A stretch of DNA of 64,000 bases from Balanoglossus misakiensis (taxonomy: Eukaryota > Animalia > Hemichordata). Positions 44,401 through 57,628 of the stretch are shown here, one piece after another (the stretch's first letter is position 1; each line of letters begins with the position of its first letter). The notes beneath the pieces were generated by a model. That model ran no database searches. It was not told the origin of the DNA and saw only the letters and a list, made by a program, of their open reading frames with translations. The stretch is taken from positions 13,519,129 to 13,583,128 of the forward strand of contig CM082576.2 in the NCBI GenBank assembly GCA_040954595.2, in the 5' to 3' direction. A program made the position numbers and the translations under genes.

Positions 44401-47400
44401 AACCTTTAAGATACACACGGCTTTTCATTCATTTGAATTATCGTTCTGAATTCGATCGCCCCACTAGACGCGAGTGCCGCGTCGTCTTTCCACGCCGATA
44501 GATCAGTCAGCGGGCGTGTTTTAGTATACGGTATTAGCGGATGACTATTTGTTCAAATATATTGCTTTCATTGTGTTGATACTTTCTAGAATAGATAGCC
44601 GTTGGTACACATTTCCAAATCTTGTTAAATTTTTACACCTTCGCCGTATCGCCCGATTGTTTCGCCGAGATTTGTTTTGGGAGGCCCAGATTCCTATCTG
44701 GTCGCCGTTCCCCCCAATGTTTGTCGAACGTGTGGGGTATTTGTTGGTCTTTGGATAGATACTTTGGTCAATACGTGATGAGGTCGCCAGTCATGCGTAT
44801 TCGGTGGTTCGCTGTGCGTGTGTGTTTTGGTGACACGAAAAGCCCCTCAAAGACAAAGAATACGAGTGTCGCTTCGCCATCTTGAAACGTGTCGCTGATC
44901 ACCCAGTTTCGATCGAGATTTTTTTTGCAAGCCACTGGGGACGAATCTCAAAACACCGATCATGCATTTTAACGCTAAATATACGAACAAATTTGAAGTA
45001 TGCCATCCAAAATATCGCTGCCAGCATGTTCGGTACACTTAGCACACAAAAAAGCGACGAAACGCGCACGCGCTGGCTTAAGCTGCCTCGTTGATATTCA
45101 ACGTTTTATGCCAGCGTTTTACCCCGCCTAAATCATATTTGATCACTGAATTTTATTTATCAATATTAAAATGTGGGTTTACTCTCTTAATTGCCAAAAT
45201 TTCGTCGTTTTTAAAAGAAGCCGTGCCGGCGACGGGTCGTGTTTTTCAGCCACGTTATAAATACGCGCACTAGAACGAAAGGTCACGCCGTCGCTGCCCG
45301 CCCAAACTCGGAACCGAGGCAGATTGCACCTGTCGCCATCATGATGTTATATAACCCCAGAAATACAAGTTACCTAAATATTATATCCGTGGAATTTTTG
45401 AAAATGCATTTTAAAACAACATTGGAATATAGTTGTACATGTCTGAACCAGGATGACAGAATTACACCCCAAAAGCAAGACCTGGTTTTGCACACTGTGT
45501 GGACAGAATACGAAAAATGATAACAAATTGGGAAAAAAAAACGTTGATTTTGCCTGAACCTCATGGTGGAACCGAGTAATTAAATCCATGTTTGGATAGC
45601 AAATTGGTCCGAATGATGCTACTCTGTATCAGAAACAGAAAAGTTAGGAAACACGCACATACATGCTGCCTCCCAATATGCAATCGCCTGCTAGTTTTTT
45701 AAAATATTAATTCCGGTCTCCCAATTAAAATGACCTTAGTAAATAATAAAACGTCGTCCTGTGTAACATTATTTAATGAATTTAAAACACGGTTCAACTT
45801 TCCCCTACAATTTCGACGCGTTTCATACTTGTTCGAGGTGGTCTGTCCAGATGAAGTTGAAAGTAACGACAGATGCGCTGTGCCTCACTCACACCGAGTC
45901 AATCTCTTGCCCCGAGAGCTCGTTACTCTGACGCGTTTTTTTTTCTCTTCTGATTTTCTGTTCATAATTATCGATAGATATACATCTGCAGCCATCCGTG
46001 CATTTGTCCCTCTACCCGTCGAAAGAGATCGGTGCCATTTTCAGCTTGAGCGAGTCCCGCCAACACGCCTCACTGTCGTCTGGCGTTTGAGTACACCCAA
46101 CAAATCACAGCACCACACGGGTGTGTGTTTCATATCAGGGCGAGCGAATTTTTTGCCATAAGGCAAAAACGCCTCATTACGTAGATTGCCTCCACTTTAT
46201 GTAGTTTTGGTTTTTAATATTTCATACAGATCGGAGCTGTATCATGCATCGTAGACTTGGCGAATGACAAGTGGGATGAAAGCATCAATTGTTTGCCTGC
46301 CAGGAATTTTAAGCTCGGCTGACTCGCCCCTGTGACAGCCTTCTGAATTCTTTAAAACTGGCTACTCTAGCAGAATACAATTCTCAGTTGGGCAAAGTGT
46401 GATGTCCACTTCCAGGTCAATTCGAGGACAAAATCGACCCTTCTTCGACCGAGTGCGGTGTTATCTGTCGCCGATTTCGTTCCTCTCTTGCAGCACTCCT
46501 TGCAGTGGTCAGAAAATGGCGCTCTGAGTTTCACTTTATAGTGCGGTCCGATATAATTGGCGGGAAAACAGACACCGCAGACAGATTGCTGGCTGAAAGT
46601 AAAATTAATTTTGGACTCCTGAAATGGTGACAGGTGAACGAGACTTTCCAAATTCCCGCTACAAAATGTGTCGCTCTAGAAATAAAAAAGACGACCCAAG
46701 TGGACAATAGAGGTGAACTCCGAACAAAAAAATTTGATATCTCACAACCCCACACAACTCGCTTTTATTCAGCTTGATCACATTTTTTGGTAAATTATTA
46801 AGATGAATACCACCGATATCGCAGTGCTCGGTCAATAATTTAAAAAAAAGTCTATTAGAAAAGAATTTCCCCATCATAAATTTTAGCTGAAGCCACCATA
46901 ATGAATGCCTATTTCAGAACAGTGGGGACGGGTGATAGTTGTCACATGTCTTAATCGTTCTCGCGAAGGGCTTCTCAGCGTCTTTCCTATCGCCATGTGA
47001 TCTCAACTGAAAATAATTATGTTTTCGGATCTGACACGGTGATAATAGAATAATCAAGGAAATTAACATTTGCAATTATCTAAAGCTGAAAACCCGAACG
47101 ACGGATATTACAGTTTTCTTTCCAATGCAATGTCAATTTTTGTGTGTGTGTGTGATCGCCACCCTTCAGCTACTGAGCGTGACTGGATTGATATGGTAAT
47201 GGTGACTCGAAGGTTGCTGTATCTAAATTGATCTTGCAAATAAGCGAGTATACTACACGGCTTGTGGTGTACACAGTGCCAATGATGAATTTAAAACACC
47301 TTGCCAACATTTTATTTCGGTCTTCGTCAAGCTTGTATTGCCCGAAGGCTGAATGTCATTGTTTGTGGAAAGAGATAGCCGGGATGAGCTGTGTGTAAGT

Positions 47401-50400
47401 AACCACTACTCTATGCTCAGCCAAGCCCGCTGTCACTTTAACTGCACGGCATTCCAGCCAAATGCAATTCAAGCGAGATCGCACGTGTCCCCGTCCCCTT
47501 TCTCAGCCGTTTTCGTTAATCCCAAACAGACTCAGAATTTACCACTTATATATACGTGAAGGTGTCACTCACTGTAACAGTCTTTGTTCGTCGAAAAAAA
47601 AAGATGGAACGAATTTGCCGCCAGGAATTGCCTGCTGGTGGGCTGTATCGTATCAAACAGTCAAAAAACATACTTGAATGAGATGTGATTTTCGCACGGA
47701 GTGAAAATAGGACACCTTCTCACAGAAAAGACAGGCATAAATTTCAATGTCCTTCTTTCCATACAGTCGGGTCACTGAGAATTTGAATTGAATGACGGTG
47801 GCTCAGTCGCGCGCTGTAAAAAAGGCCTACCAGCAATAGATGCAAACACAGAGAGGTGTATCTGTCCATCGAAACGTGACGTCAGCAATAACAATAACAC
47901 CAATACCGGATCATCAATTCAAGTCATGCAAGGACATCAGACATCACACAATAAAGACATCTACTCAAAGCAAATTTGGAATTTATCACAAAGTTCCAGA
48001 GAAAAAAAAATAACACGATTTCTTCTCAATGCTGCGATCATGGAGAGATAAAAGTCCACGGCTTAGTCAGCCGTGGGTTTATATCACACGTTACATTTTG
48101 TTGTTATCTGTGACGGGGAAACCACAAAACTAGGTTTTGATGAGAGAAGGCCGAGTAAAGAGGCGTTTCTAGCGGCTCTCGTCCACCGTTTCCATTATAT
48201 AATTTGGCGACGCTACGGTGTCGGTGGTAACGCTTGATATTTTAATGATTTTTTTTTCATCTCAACATTTCTTTGCTGGCAGAATAAAGACATGGCTGAA
48301 TGGCTATCATGGAATACTATTATGGACTCGCATAAAAGGCCCACTGAGTGTTTTCTACGCTCGTGTAATTGACGCTTTCTCCATAATTTTCAAAAAAATA
48401 GTTCCTGATTGGCTTTTAATCTGTCACAACATTGATGTCCGCTGCAGTCTTTAAACAGTACTCCTGACATTGCTGAAAAGTCTGCCCACACACACAATAA
48501 AAATATTATAAAGACGGACCTGAAAAGAGAGAAGAGCTCGAACGCTGTATCTCTTTGCGATTGTATGACTTTCTCAACTGTGGTGACAGAATACGCATGC
48601 AAATTATATCATTGAGTTCGCAATAAAAAGGATGCCTTGTTTTTTTTCAAACATCCGAAAATCGAATTAAATTCCATTTCCTTGGCGAATGCGCGGCCTC
48701 TTGACACGACATTTTCCCTCAACTTGTGAACAATGCCATTCATTTTGTGGTCAACGCGCCCATATACGGGCAGACATGTCAGACAAAAACGGGAGATGCG
48801 GCTTGATTTGTTCGTGTACACGTGGCAATAAAATGTTACTTTTGTTCCCAGTTATAGAGAGGTAGCTATAGCAAGCTTTAGAATACAACAGTCTCTCGGT
48901 GAAAACACTCAGGCATTTATCGGTCGACTATTTAGCAGTTGGGAAAGAAGGAAGGCCATCTTTTCGCTGTGTCTCGCTGGATGTCATCGGTATTCAGACA
49001 AAACCGATTTTTGATAAGACATTCAAATAACACAAATCTAAACTCCTGGTATGAACTAGCCTAAACGCCCACGAACGATTTTTGTTGTGTTTCATTTTTT
49101 TTTTGCTTACACGATCGAAAAAATCAACCCCTTGACATTGCAAAGATTTCGATGGATAACCTCCATGTAGTGCTGTGCCTACTGGAAACTTGCTTGTTGT
49201 AACTAAGACGCCAATTTCCTGGGTTAATTTAAATAATTGAAACGCCGACAGAGTGTTTTAGTGTGAATTATCGTTTGGAAGATTTAGAGATATCGATTAT
49301 TGACGTGTGTTGCTCGAGCATGTTGGTGTCCTTACAGTGGAAAACGCAGATATGTGATATGATGTCATGTGTACAATATGTCTGTCTGACTTCAAACGAG
49401 GCACCGAAAGTGGCACTTGATGTCCATGAATAAAAAAGAGAACACTTTTTAATTAAAAAAAGCTTTAACCACCGAAACTTCCAGCCCCGGTTTTTGGTTT
49501 CTGTAAACTTAGAATCGTTCTCAGTTTTATGTTACAACTGAAAAAATCAGCTGTGCCAAAAGTTGTCCGAGTTGTTTTAACGATTTATCGAACCAAATCC
49601 TAAAAGGAAGGCAAGAACAGCGGCGCGTTGATGGATTAGCGTGGCTGGTCAACTTAGAAAAGATTACCCCCGAACTGCAAAAGCTGGAAAATTGTGAAAC
49701 TTCATCGCCTTTGCTCAATTCAAGTCCAGTTTGGTTGTAAGTCATATCTAGTGCAGGAACTCTACGTTTCCACCACAACACTTAATCCAAGCGTTGGACT
49801 TCTCCGGGTAACAAGATTTCTTTTCATCTCCGTTGCAAATTAGGGATTTTTTATATCCATCACCTGTTGACGTCATGTCTAAATATAACATTCAGGCAGT
49901 CTGAAAAAAATATCACCATGCATGAAGCCAGCTGATGATTGTCGCCAGGAACGTGTAATGACACTTTTGGTAAACGAAAATATCTCGAAGGGGTTAAATG
50001 TCGTGCTGTGTTGATGATGAAATATCTGGAATTATCAAGAATATTATAAGTGAATTCTTTGTTTTCTCTCCATATTTAATCCCACAGCGAAATATGTATG
50101 TTGGTGATCACACAATCACGCGAACTTTTGTTGTCAAAATGCGAAAATGATACATGTTTGTTGAAGATACCCAAAACTTTTCATTGGAGCGATTGAAATG
50201 GAACTGGATGTACTAGTATATCTTGCGCACAGTCGGACGCGTCTGGATACTTTCAGGACACTCGCCATCGTTCTCCTCAAACGACCGCGTCAGGTTCATT
50301 GGACTTCGACCAGCCAACACATATCGCCGTTAGCCAACACAACGCCCAGAAAAAGGTGGTTATTTCGATAAAAATTCCAATTACAAGGTCTACAAGGGGC

Positions 50401-52320
50401 CTAAGCGAAGGGTAGTCAACAAGAGGCGCCTCTTCTTTCGCGCCAAACACGACAGATTCCAAATACCCCTGCGTTCTGTCGTCCATAATTGGTAAGAGTT
50501 CGTTCTCCCCAGGTCAAATTTCGTCCAGTCACCCAAAAGCATTCCTGAACTTATTGCTTTCCGAGTCTTCTGGAGGGTTCCCTAAATTTGTCTCAGCAAA
50601 TAGCAAAGGACCGTGACCTTTCACATCTCTGGTACAACCACACCGCATTGAAATGACAAATCTCGCGGTAGGTGGGATGGCGACCTACTCCGGCTTTTGT
50701 ATCCACATATAGAACCATAACAAACACACAGTGATACGTGTACATGCAGAAGATTGGCTTCACCTAGCGTTTAGCATTCTCCCCTGAATCTCTCATAGAA
50801 TTCTGCCCTTTTTTTTCGGTGTGGCCCGCCTAAATTGGTGTGGTCGCGACGGCTCCTTGTCCGGTCTTATTGTCCCGCCTGCAGCCATGTCCCAGAAAAA
50901 AAACCCTGAAAGACCGGAGAAGAGTGACATTACTTAAAGGCTGATGTTTTCTTGAACAACTGTTGGTATAGACTTGTTTGTGTGCATCGTGTGCTTGACT
51001 AGACCCAAGTTTGCCACCTTCACAATGGCGGGCTTGCTTTTACGGTGGCAGACCTCTGCCAAATCGCCACGGGCAAGAAAACACTGTATTATTACAGTTT
51101 TATTAAATTCTTTATACCGAGCTTAGCTTTCGTTTCTATTGATTAAAGTGCGGCTGTTAATATAGAGGAGAACAGAGAAAATAAAGTTTGCTCAAGTGCA
51201 GCTCTGTCCAAACACACGGGGCACATTTTCTTCCACCCACTTTTTTTGTGTTCCATGAACATTTGTAAGTGAATGCCAGTTAGCTTTCAAGCCGCTGTCA
51301 ATCCAATTTCGACTCACTCGACTTTGGAGTAATTTTATGGCAATTTTACCACAATATTTCCAAATTATTAAGTAAATATTACAAGCGCTTTCCAATTAGG
51401 TTGCAAAAGACAGTAAGATAATCGCCCGTATAGCCCGGGGCAGTGCGACGGATAGGGTTACGAATTAACATGGACATATTGCAGAATTTTTTATTAATGT
51501 TTCAAGCGCCAGACTATACGCTGCCGGTGGAGTGCAAAATGTTGGTTACAGTCAGAGGCCCTGCCTCACCGCTGTAATTCAGCCCAAATGATCATATAGT
51601 CTAAAGTAACATTAATGCCAGACATCCAACTTAATAATGCATTAAGGTGTCACCATGTATCTATATTACCTGAATAGAGTTAACCCTTACTATGCAAACA
51701 AAATTTCCCGCCAAAATTGCATTTTCAGGTTAATAGAATTTCACTTAACGCGAAAATGTTTGCGAAATATATTCTCGGTCGAGGGACGGAGGGACTATTA
51801 GAGAGAAGCTTCGCCATCGGTGTGACGCAAGTGGCTGGAACCTTGTGGGACGCTGTTTCGGATTTCGGAGGGGGTAAAATGTATTATTTTTGATCGCTCG
51901 CCAGGAGCGAAGAGAATTGAATTACGCAGTATCATTGCCCGCGTGTTTGTGCGAGACCAAATACGCAGACAGGTGATCGCCTCGTTGTGACGAGCCAAAC
52001 TATAAGCAGTGGGCTCACATGACACGTCCATCATCAACTAACATTCAGATTCTCTTTGTTTGCCGACACATGTGCTGTCGGCAGACAAAATAGATGCGCG
52101 CAGTATGGTGCTAGTTGGTCCTAGATTGCCTAATCCTTTCTGTGCAACTCTGGAGAGACCATAATACACATCATCTCTGCACTCATCCTAGCTTTTGTTA
52201 TGCAAAACCGCGCCAAACTGCCAACTTTTTTCTATTTTCAATTATTTAACTCACTGAAGAAAAGGTCGTGTCAAAATGGCCCCGTTTTCAGCAAAACCTA
52301 CGTCATTGATCATTGATGTG

Positions 52321-52490
52321 ACATATACATACATACATACATACATACATACATACATACATACATACAGACGTACAGACGTACAGACAGACAGACGACA
52401 CACACCGACAGACATATAGAGACAGACAGACTGACACACACCCACGGGCACACACACACACCGACAGACATATGTATATATATGTAATAT
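52321..52490. repeat. Compound (CATA)n/(CAGA)n/(CA)n microsatellite
   Basis: Directly visible tetranucleotide and dinucleotide arrays. Confidence 0.93.
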
Positions 52491-55400
52491 ATGTACAAGT
52501 GTGATGCTAAATGTGGGTGTGTCGCATTTGTATATGAGCACAAGTGCACACATGAATGTGTATTACACACGTATGTTTGTTTATTCTATTACAAATACAT
52601 TACAACACAAAGGAACAATCAGTCTATCACGGAGCTTTCGCGTGCATTATCTCAGTGTGAAGGTGTCGCAATGAGAGCGACCGGAGCTGTCACTCATAAT
52701 TCTCACCTCCGCATGTCATAATAGCAAGAGACGTTTTTGATATGACGTCTATCGGGCCGAGTGACCCTGCCCTCACTTTCATTTTTTTCGCTGATGTATG
52801 GCGCTCAGAGAGAAAAGAATAAAACTGAAAGGTTATTGTTCTACATATTTCTTAACACTCCGCGTATGTTCAATTTGCCTAATAGAACGTTTATCCCCCG
52901 CCTATTATTTTAGACACATTCTATTTTATTCTGGCTAAATGCACGCAAACAGATTTAGCAAGATTAATGGGCACATTATGTTATTACAAGACATATCGAA
53001 CTTTCTATCGGACTCGTCAGAAAATTACAAAAAGTTGATACAATGTTTTCTTTGGTCTGCAAACTCATCCGGTCGTCATATTATTAATTTTAGCCTCTGG
53101 CCCCCAATATTATTTGACAATCGATGTTTTCTGTAGGAAGAAATTATTTATATCCATTTACTGACAGATTTAGTTTCTCGCAAAGAAAAAAAATATTGCA
53201 TCACAATGACAAAGCAGCATCAAGCGCTCACTTAGTCATTTGAGCATGGCGAGAACTTCCTATAGTTGTTGTCTTTCATTGTTTTCGTTGGAACTTTCTA
53301 AAACGATAATTGAGATGGAATAAATTGCGACTGGGTTAATGTTTGCCGGTGCCTGGTTGCATCTGCAAAGACGACACAGCACAGAGCCTTATAGCATTAT
53401 GACGTTCCGGTATATATTGATGCTAGCGGGACCCAAACTTGACAGTAATTCATTGAAGTTTTTTACCAATCTGCCGCAGATGACTGTCATCTGAGTGGCC
53501 ACAATTTGGTTTGATGATAACAATGCTAAAGTAATGCGAATGTCTGTTTCGGAGGACTGCGTTTTATCATCATCATATATGCTGGAGATCACGTGATTCT
53601 AACAAATGTTTTTGGCTCATAAAAGTACATGTATTTGAATTTGGGAACTTCCCATTCTGAGAGTTAAGGGGAGATTTCTCACGTTTATAATGGCACTGTT
53701 TCTCACTCTTCCTAATTTACTCCAATAAGGAAGAATTATGTGCTGGTGTTGTTTGAAAATGATAGACTGGCCGACAGTTTCAAGATCTACCTGGAGGGTT
53801 ACAAGATAGAATTTATAGAATGTGTTATTGTGCAGTAGGTGTGTTGTTGTTGGTGGTGGATGGGGTTGGGTGTTGGCCCTCAAGGAAGCCCTTGACACTG
53901 TTGAGAATGATAAGTAATGATAAGACGTCTGAAAATTGGAGAATGGTGTCATTACTGTATGAAATGACGAGAGTAATGATGAGAGCAGACCCAATTAATC
54001 CAAACTGATAGGCGCAGCACAATTACGCCCACTTGTAATATTAGCAGTTTTATGACAAAGATTATAGTCAGAGATATGTCCTGAAAAGGCCAACCAAATA
54101 GTGTCAAATAGGCTTCTTGTCGTATTCTAGGTCAGTTTTCGCCCCACAAAATCCGAGTTTTTAAGACTTTGGAAGATTATTTGTCCTGGGCGGTTGGAAG
54201 TATTATGGTCGGTTTGTTGTTGGGGTTTTTGAATGGACGAACCAAAACGCGTGAAATGACCGCGCATATGGAAGAAGTCTAAACTGCCCCGCGTGTGTGG
54301 ACGCTTGATGACTGCTAATACGTTCCCGCGCTCGCTCCAAAATTCATATTTTGTCCAGAGAGTGATGAACATAGTTATCGCGCGCGCGCACGCAATAATA
54401 CTTCTCAATAATATATGTGATATTTGTTTTAAAAGTGACGCAGCGCTGACACTTGCCTACTTCATTCCGAGCGAATTGCGTTACACGCACCGTTTGCCTG
54501 CCGCGGAGGACACATAGCCGTCCATACTATACAGTCGCCTGTTTACAGTGCAAATTATGTATTGGCGTCCCTTAACACCATGAATTCTTCACATGCATGG
54601 CGTGAATTCCGAATTCAGACGATCAAATCATTTATCACGAGGTATCAAGCTTTAAATATGACCAGAATGAATTATTAAAAGTATTTGCCCGAGTTATTAG
54701 ATGAAATACAATATGATATGGTTAGTTCTGGCTGCAGAAGACTGCAACCAAACACCCGCCGGTGTTCAAAGTTTTAACTCAATGGATATTAGCGAAATTG
54801 AGAACGCCTACGTGTGTGTGTGTGTGTGACTGAACTAAAGAAAAAAATCCATTGTAATACAGACTTTAGTCCGATGTATGTGGGGAAAAGGGCGAGATCT
54901 CAATTGAATTAGTGTTTTTTGAATCTGAATGAAGGTCCATTAATAGCCGTATACGTGTCGCGCTGCAATTGACCTGAGAAAGCCAATCAAAATAAAAATT
55001 AATTGTGATCACTGCACTGTATTATAGTGTGTGTGTACCGTGCCTCTTATTTACTGCTTGTGTAAGATCACACGTGATTTTGCCCCGGACGAGACTTGGC
55101 GCCGTTCTCGCTTGCTCGACGATCACGATCACCTCTGCTGAAAAGATTAACAGCGCGACCTATACTACCACAATGCCAGAAGGCGCGATGTTGGCATCTG
55201 GATCTCGTGAAAATAATAACGACGATGAATAAAAAATGTGAACGAAATCCCGAACTTGTGATTGACCTTAACCGTCGTCCACACTCCTTTCCGAAACGAA
55301 TCTAAAATATATTCAAATTAATAGTGGATGGAAAAATTTAAGATTTTTTACATAGTTAATTCAATTGGTCTTCCCTTCTTTTTCGTGCGGCCACTAATGC

Positions 55401-55524
55401 CTTGCCAAAACCTTACCAAGTCAAGGAAGGAAGGAAAGAAAGCGAGGCGGTCTCCTGACGGGTCTGACGCTCGATTAATACACATGTATTCGCAGTTTAC
55501 ACGCTAATCTTTTTTTTCTTACAG

Positions 55525-55534
55525 GCAGCTGCCG
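55525..55534 (+). other. Candidate 10-nt microexon
   Basis: Branch-like CTAAT, then C(T)8CTTACAG|GCAGCTGCCG|GTAAGT. All splice signals are near consensus. The host transcript is unknown. Confidence 0.5.
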
Positions 55535-55725
55535 GTAAGTCTAAAACGACTTACGGGGGCTTGTCGACGGTAATCGTGCAGCCTCGGGGCACAGCGTCGC
55601 CGACTAAGACCCGAACACGCCAAGTGCTTTCACTCGATCTTTGCCAGCGAGCTTTGTGGCGGGAAATCTGTTAAATTGAGAACTTGTCGTAAATTACTGG
55701 GTAACTTTTTCTCTTTTCCTGATAG

Positions 55726-55857
55726 GATTTAACGATTCCTGATAGCAAGATTAGGCCTATCGAGTTTTTTAAGTCCGTGACACCTGCGTTAAGAATGTTT
55801 GAAGATGGCATTGTCGATTTTGACGGTGTCGATACATTTAACAAATTGTATACTTAG
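55726..55857 (+). other. Candidate exon downstream of the microexon, open for 43 codons in phase 0
   Basis: Acceptor TAAC-TTTTTCTCTTTTCCTGATAG|G closes a 191-nt intron (55535-55725). It reads DLTIPDSKIRPIEFFKSVTPALRMFEDGIVDFDGVDTFNKLYT*. Confidence 0.35.
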
Positions 55858-57466
55858 GAACACGAAGAAGCGTCTCCGTTTGCGCAATGGGTGTATTATC
55901 GCTTTTTGAGATGTTTGCTCGGATTTGCGTGTCCATGGCACGAGAGATTGATGTAAGCTATGCGGGGGCACACCGGCCATCAAGAGTGACAGGGATGCAG
56001 GCCCTACCCTCGATACTGATGGGTGCTCAGTCACGCCCGTGCAGTCAAAGATAAATAGCTCAGACACGCACATTGAACAAAGGGGGTGGATATTACGAGG
56101 CGGCACACACACACAGACGGTATCACTGTTCCGTTGAGCAAATAAGCCGTCACTGTACCACTCCCAATTTGAAATGATAACGCGTTTTATCAATCGTAAT
56201 AATATTAAGGATGTTGACAGGGTTTGTCTATCATAATATGTGAACTCGATTGACATTGTGAACTGAACGGCCCCTGAATAGGCTTTGAGATGTTCGCTTA
56301 CAGCTCGTTACCGCGCCGCGACTTTTTTGTTTGTTTTCTTGATATGCACAGGAAGAGAGAGAACGGTAGAGAGGGAGAGGGGAGAGAGAGAGAGAAAAGA
56401 GGGCCCGAACAAAAGGCTGTCGGTCGCGACTCGGCATTGTTTCTTATCGCGCCTTTAATGCTCTTTGAAATCGGTAACCGTTGCAAATGGAGCAGAAAAT
56501 GAGTGGGAGAAGACGACACACACACACACAGAGGCAATAGCTTGCTTCTTTAATCAACTTCTAGTACACGTGTTTGTGGTTGGACGGCGAGGGGAGGAAA
56601 GAAGATTGCCAACTCAGATGCAGGGCGATAATAAACTACAGGGATTGATGATAGCTTCTCGGCCCGACTCCCACTCGAATTAACTTTTTGCCTCTTATTC
56701 CCCTAACCTGATGTCTACCTCTGAAATCTAAATGAAAGCAGTAATGAGGTAATTTCGTTGTAGCCCAGTCTTGATAGTATCCACGACGGTGGAGTAATGG
56801 TAACATGAATAATCAAATAACCGCCAGCCTGATCCGGCAGAGTCGTGCGCAGCATCGATGAATCGAAAAAAATAAAACACAGCTATTTATTTCAGGACCT
56901 GTTCGCCGGTTAACGCAATCGAACGACCATGCATTCAACCTTCAAAGTATGAGACAATTTCGATTATCTTTTTAATTTCCTTTTCGGTGGGTTTTTATTC
57001 CAAATATTCGGACACGCCGAGAGTAAAATCCAGCGAATGTACGCAGCGTCGATGCCACCCGATTTTTAAGTAAATGCAAATGGGGCAACTCATCTCAACA
57101 TGCGATGCATCAACACCCCATTTATGTGAACCTGGGGGAATCGACGAGGGAGATAGTTTGGTGGCGACATAATTACCCCTGTATATTTGCCAGCCAATAT
57201 ACACACATACAGATAATATTTTTACACTGTCGAGAGATTGTCACGCAAGATTAGTTCTTATCGATCATCAGTGAGAAAATGAAGTTGGGAGATTACTGCG
57301 CGATAGGTTTCATGAGACAAATCAGTTTACAAATTCATTTATATCTGGCACGAACCAAATTACAACGACATGGCTGGAGACCAGCCGAGCCTCAGCCCTG
57401 GCCGGCATGACAACCGAATAGTTCGCGCCACGTTTGGTTACTAATTTATATTACAAACTCAACTTC

Positions 57467-57628
57467 CGGCAGACGACAAAGTCCCGCTTTTTTTTCTCGG
57501 CAGACGACAAAGTCCCGTTTTTTTCTCGGCAGACGACAAAGTCCCGCTTTTTTCTCGGCAGACGACAAAGTCCAGTTTTTTATTCTCGGCAGACGACGAA
57601 GTCCCGCTTTTTTCTCGGCAGACGACAA
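57467..57628. repeat. Minisatellite, 29-31 bp unit CGGCAGACGACAAAGTCCCGC(T)nCT, about 5.4 copies
   Basis: Units start at 57467, 57498, 57527, 57556, 57587 and 57616 (partial). Variation is mainly in the T-run. Confidence 0.95.

Noticed and set aside
57467-57628. CRISPR-like appearance of the ~30 bp repeats
   Set aside because: There are no unique spacers and no cas genes, and the context is eukaryotic. It is a tandem minisatellite.
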